DNA from: Somniosus microcephalus
Lineage: Eukaryota
DNA: 64,000 bases
Assembly: GCA_052327205.1 (NCBI GenBank)
Contig: CM126216.1
Span: 73,470,001-73,534,000, forward strand
Direction: 5' to 3'
Positions 58,231 to 64,000 of this stretch are shown here, piece after piece. Made by a program: the position numbers and the translations under genes. The notes below the pieces were generated by a model. It made no database searches and was not told the origin of the DNA. It worked only from the letters and a program-made list of their open reading frames with translations. The stretch's first letter is position 1; every line of letters starts with the position of its first letter.

Positions 58231-60734
58231 TTTGATGTTCTAAAAATTATGGGGGAAAAATATTTTTCTGCCACTATAACAAGCTTGAGCTATGGTAAAT
58301 TCCTCAATTATAAATAATGTGAATTTAAAGTCTATGCTCTTAATAAATACTCCTTGTGATTATGGTCCGTTTTGATAATTTGGCAAGTAAATGTGATCAT
58401 GTAGGGTGTCTCAATCTTGTGCTGTGTTCAGTACTTATTTTATCTTGTTAATCCATTACTCCCTCGGGCTACCAGTATTTTGGTAATTTACTGTTTGTGC
58501 ATAATTTTACAGTAATTTCTGCTGCTAAAAGTAAATTGTGTTACTTTAAAAAAAAAACTGATGGTTTTGTGCCAGCCATTCTTCGTAACTTCTTCCCAGC
58601 TAAAAGTCTCCCGTGTTCAAAACCTTCTCCATTCCATTCCTAATTAGAGATCTCCAATCACTCATCGTGTCACAGTAATTGCAGCAGATTGCTGGTGTCC
58701 AGTTAGGCTGCTGTTAGCTCTAATAGTTAAACATGCTTGGACTGTCCAGAGCTACAGCACTGGTGTATTTGGACTGTCTACTAGGAGGATGGGGGAGTTC
58801 CCATTTCAGTTTTGACTGACAATCTCACTTAGGCTTCTTGTAATGGCTGAGTTTTGCTCTGTAGTTGAGGTTGCTTGGGGGATGCAAGTGATGTAGTGTT
58901 CCTTTCCTGCACCACTCAGCAGTTACTTCTGTTGCATTTATTCGAGGAGTACTGCATGGAAGTAAAGCTCTGTTCTTCTTTTCCTTCGTACTTGAGACAA
59001 TTTAGGATGACCAAACTTAATGTGACCATCTTCAGAGTTTGTGGACCATTGTATGAAGTGACCCAAAATGCAATCGAGTAGCATATGTTCTGCTGTATTT
59101 ACCATTAGTTATTTAGCAATATGGATGATCATGGCTGGATTATACTTTACTCTTTATCAAAAAAGAGATAGTATCGATAGCAGAGAAAATGAGGAAGACA
59201 GGAAAATTATAACCGCAAAAAAGGATGATCTGTAGAATATAAGGGATATATTCCTAAAAGGCTACTCCCAATCTTTACAAATCTTTGTAAATCGAGACAA
59301 TATGTGTAAGTATTTAATGGATACAAAAAGACTGTAAGGAATATGAAATGTGATTGTGATTCTGAATGTGCTGTGATATTTAGTTCACTTGTCCGGGGGA
59401 AAAAAAAACCTGGAGCATATTCCACTTACACCACTGTGTAAATGTTGTTTTGTCCCTCGAAAGCACTCACAGTGCTAGGAAACGCTTCTGTTACAGACTT
59501 GATTGATGCCACTTTGAGCATCATCTGTTGGAAGGTAGCGACTATGGTGGTAGGCAGAGGAAGGGTTCATTAGAAAACTGCTGGAGGCTAAGAGTGCTGA
59601 TAATTTTGAAGCTATGTTTTCTGGCAAGGCTTTATTAGGCATATTACTGCCACTGAGCTGTCAAATTCTTTTACCCGAGTTACCTGTCCTCCAAGGTAAT
59701 GAAACTCCTGAACCACAGTATTTGTTGCCGTGTCAGTCACTTAACCCTTCGCAAAACCTTGTGCTGTCTGGTGCACAAAGTATGAATAATAAACTTTAGC
59801 AGTGATGCAAGCAAACACTGAACTATGTTTTATCTTCTTTTGGGGAAGGGAAGAATAATTAATAATTCAAATATGTTTTTGTTAACCATGTAGAAAAAAT
59901 ATTGAGAGAACATATGAAACACACAAGTTGCCATATGTTAGATTCTATTTATTTTCAATTGCATTGGGACAAGCGGTAAAGTTACATGGAACGAGATTGG
60001 CTTTAGACAAAATTATTGTATGGCACAGATTATGTGATTGTGACTGTACTGCACCATACTGGGACTGTTGCTCTTGAGGCATTGGCCTGCTTGTACCCAA
60101 ACAAACTGACATTGCACCATAATGCAAGGTCAACTTAATTACCTAGTTTAGTGGTGCTTCTGCTGCACAGAGCAAGATGTAGTGGAAGCACCACATCAGC
60201 CAGGCTGAAATGTCTGGTGTACTATGCCACCATTTTTATTTTTTGCATGGACAACAAAGTCCTTGTTGAAAATATTGGCCACTGCTGACAAAGTTATAGG
60301 GAGCGTTGACGTGAAAGCTAACCCTTTAACAAAGAAAGAACAGCCCAGGAATAAAACTTCAATTTTTTAGAATGGGTCTCCCTCCATTCCAAACGCCCTC
60401 TCAATGACTAATGTGCTACTCAGGCACTCCAGTCGAATTATGGGGAGCCCCCCCCCCCCCCCCCCCCCAATTCAAATAACTTCTGGACCTTAATGAGCCT
60501 TCCGCACATTTTATGCAGAGGCTCCCAGCACAACAATCGCATTGAGGCACTAGGTGAATCGGGGATAGAGTATGCTTCAGGCCTCCATGCTCAATAATAC
60601 AAGGGGCTTGCCATTGTATTATCCGTTCCCATATACTGGCTAAATAAGGAACAAAATGGGACTTTGGACCTAATTGCTTCTATTGGGATTTTTCCAAGAG
60701 TTTGTTAACATCAGTATTGACTGAAAGTTAACTT

Positions 60735-60960
60735 ATAGGTACAGAAGTGGGCCATTCAGCCCCTTGAGCCTTATCCGCCATCCAATGAGATCATGGCTGA
60801 TCTGCGACCTAACTCCATATACCCTCCTTTGGCCCATATCCCTTAGCTTTTTGTCAACCAAAGATATTATCAATCTCAGATTTAAGATTAACAATTGATC
60901 TAGCATCAATTGCCGTTTGCGGAAGAGAGTTCCAAACTTCTACCACCCATTGTGTGTAGA
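60735..60960 (-). mobile_element. CR1 3' fragment
   Basis: GGCCATTCAGCCCCTTGAGCC...GATCATGGCTGATCTG...AGAGTTCCAAACTTCTACCACCC. Confidence 0.8.
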
Positions 60961-61944
60961 GAATTTGAATCTGGTTTTATGTGATATGAGCTCTCCAGAT
61001 AGTAATCAGGGTTTTTTTTTCCTCCTTTGGGCCAGAGATGCCAAGGCCAATTGTAACGCTCCTACCACCTCTAGTTTAGCTAACTGCCTGAGATCAGATA
61101 ATTTAGCACAATCTGGGGATTGAACATGGGACTGTCCCAGTCTAGATAGCTTAATTTCACACTGGGCAGTTCACTTACTAACATAGCTAATGGAAAAACA
61201 GATTTTTTTGACAAATGGTTAGCATGATATCAATGGTAATCACTTAGTAACTACAACAACCACAAACACTAATAGTACACAAGTGTATTGTCATTCTGCA
61301 GTGTGCAGACTAAAAATGACAATGGAGCAACATTCAAAGCTCTACAAAGACAAATCACTTGGCATCCCAAAATGTGTCTGTCATAGCATCTGAATACATC
61401 CACAGTGCCAAGTTTACTCAAATTTAACAAAACAATTTCAGAAACTTTATTTTATTGCAGAAACCACTAAAATAAACTGTATAAATAAATGGATGGCACA
61501 TTATGAAACAGTGGTTTAGAAAAATAAGCCACTTATATTATGCCTGGCATAATTAAATTGCCACTTTTGGAATGTACAGCCTTCATCATTCAGTGGTTTC
61601 ATGACATGCATCCTCTACCAAATTTACTAAGAAATACTAATTAGAAGATTTTGATGTGATAAATAATATTTTTTCTATGATAGATGACGTAAGCAGCTGA
61701 CACAAAGCTGAGTCAAGAATATCATGGAGCAAAAAGAAAAAATAGTTCATTTGCAGTGCAGAGTGGAGTTTAGCATGACTAAAGGAATATTGAATATTAC
61801 ATTTTACTTTTATAGCAGATTTTAACAGGAACAACCAAGAGGAATGAACATAAATCGCACTTTGTTCAATGTGTAATTCTTTACAGTTGATAGACTTGGC
61901 ATTTTTTAAAGTTACAATTAAAAACACTAACAAATTTGCACTCC

Positions 61945-62345
61945 TCTAATGACTCATTGGGTGAATGTGCTGCCTGGTGAGTTATTGAGTCATGCAAATC
62001 AGGAACGTCCCAGGTTTGATCCCCTGTCTATAGTGAGTTCGCTTCTCTTAGCTTGCATAACAGCGGAATGGATAATTGACTTAAGTATACTATGCCAGGG
62101 AGGGTAAAAAACAGAATTCTCTCACCTCACACACTCAGTGACTCGCTGTTGAAAATTGTACATGTGTGAACACTGGAGCTGACAAGATCTGGCTCAGGTG
62201 TGATGCACTCCACAGTTGAATGATCTGAATTGGCTCACTGTTTCGGCTCAAACCTGAAAAATGGCCCTTTGAGTGAGGTATAGGCTGGCTGCCAGTACCC
62301 ATGGAACTGTATGCCAACAAAAAATATTATTTTCAGGAGAGGACA
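61945..62345 (+). mobile_element. MamSINE1-like SINE
   Basis: CCCAGGTTTGATCCC...ATAATTGAC...GGGAGGGTAAAAA...GGCTCAGGTGTGATGC, matching 4290-4680. Confidence 0.55.
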
Positions 62346-64000
62346 AGATTAAAAATTGTGGGAAAAAACAATTAAATAACATATCAAGCGGGGATGTGTT
62401 CCAAAACATCATCACCTGAGACAGTGGTTGAGCCAGAGATGTGTGTGATTTTTTTTTTTCCCCACACACATTGTGTTACCAATCATGGCTGGACTACAGG
62501 AGGTGTGCCAAGTGGAGACGAGGCACTTCCTCACAGTAGATGGTTTGTGCTCCTCAACTACTGGGTCAAGATTGGATTCAGCAAGGTAGATTTAATCCCT
62601 TGAGCTTCTAATTTCAGACATTCTGCTGTGGAGTGAATTATAACATAGTCCAAGGGGGAAGGAAAATCAGAGTTGAAGTTTCTGTACTGGATGGTGGCTA
62701 CGAGTCTGATATAGGCTAACTTGCCAGAATCCAACTGTCCTGTAACTGTTCCTGCATGACTAACTTGAAGGTACTTTAAATAATGCTTTACAGATGATTG
62801 CTTAATTTCTTTGCGTTTATCAAAAGTTTATACCTATTATCATCAAATAAGTATTTGATAATTGACATGCCTTAGTATTTTTTATTCTTTCAAATATAAT
62901 GCACAGCGATTACTAATTTGAATAATGGGTCAGTGTCATAACAAAGCATTGGTGAATGCAAAAAAATCATATTCAGTCAATTTTTCTCAATCACAGAGGT
63001 TATACTAATTGGTTTTCTTTACGAGGCAATTCCGATGTCCAGATCAAAGAGCAACAATCTCCAACATCAGCCAGAGGGATGGGAGTAGGGATATAATTAA
63101 CTTCCTTTCCCATTTACACAAAATAATATGTGTTGCTTGACCTGAGTTCCCATTCTCTAGAGATCACTCATTTACTAATAATCTTAGTTAAAGTTTCTCC
63201 CTCAAAATTACTCCAAAAGTAAACACCATTAAATGGAATCATACCTCTGTAATTGAACCGAATTTGAAAATATAATTTATTTAGCAGCCCAAAACCAAAA
63301 ACAGAGTTTGATAGAAGCAATTTAAGGAGTTGCATGACGTTTAAGGTTTAAGAACATAATATAACCAGGTATTTCCATAGGTTCTGTCATACGCCTTAAT
63401 ATCATTAACTTTTTAGAGTTATGGTTATGCTTTTGAAGAAATTGCTTAGATTTTCTAGAAATAAAAGGGTGGAAGAAAAACTGTAATGCTGCACCATTTT
63501 TCCTAAGAAAGGAATTCAGAATTAAAATTATTCATTTGTTTTTGTTTAGCAGCAATATTAAAGAAATATTATTTGTGATACAGAAGCATGGTACATTGAT
63601 GCTTCAGCACACTGTCCTGGACTAAGATATATGTTCTTGCAAACAATTGGCAGACGGATTTCTGATGGTAACTGTGGTGCTGGGGGTAGGATCCATGTAA
63701 AGGAAATTTAACCATAGCGAGGGACAATTGGAGAAAGTGTCGCCCTACATTACGTTTGCCCAGCTCTTGGCCTGCAAGCAGCTGGGTTAAGCAGTGCCAC
63801 TGTTCCTTTTCACAGGGGAACATGAAGGCAAACTCTGCAATTGGGGCAGAAAATGGTGTTTTTACTTAGTTGATAGAGGAATTCAACAACTGATGATGTG
63901 CTTCATGACTGTAGGCTCCAGTTGTTAGTAAAGTGCAGTGAGTTTTGTTGTTTGCCAGCTGGTTCACCTGCAGAAAGTGTGACAAGGGCAGAGGTCACTT

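Noticed and set aside
63569-63823. 84-aa minus-strand ORF
   Set aside because: No domain, homology cue or exon structure recognisable.

Overview
Eukaryotic, transposon-dense, apparently intronic or intergenic DNA. The repeat repertoire (HE1/V-SINE, SacSINE1/Deu-SINE, esterase-ORF1 CR1 LINEs, Penelope) points to a cartilaginous fish, most likely a shark. No host protein-coding gene is confidently recognisable, and every long ORF belongs to a mobile element. Contents: a near full-length decayed CR1 LINE and many CR1 3' fragments; three minus-strand Gypsy LTR retrotransposons (two Mag-like with tRNA-Ser PBS, one CsRn1-like with CHCC gag, tRNA-Trp PBS and 4-bp TSD); a Tigger/pogo transposon plus its MITE derivative; a transposase-deleted Harbinger keeping a spliced Myb/SANT gene; several Harbinger-type MITEs; an RTE 3' end; two Penelope 3' halves; and short Penelope-derived fold-back elements carrying minimal hammerhead ribozyme motifs with stem covariation. 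There is also a 32-33 bp minisatellite and extensive nested insertion, often into hairpins. Family names come from recalled motifs, not database searches.
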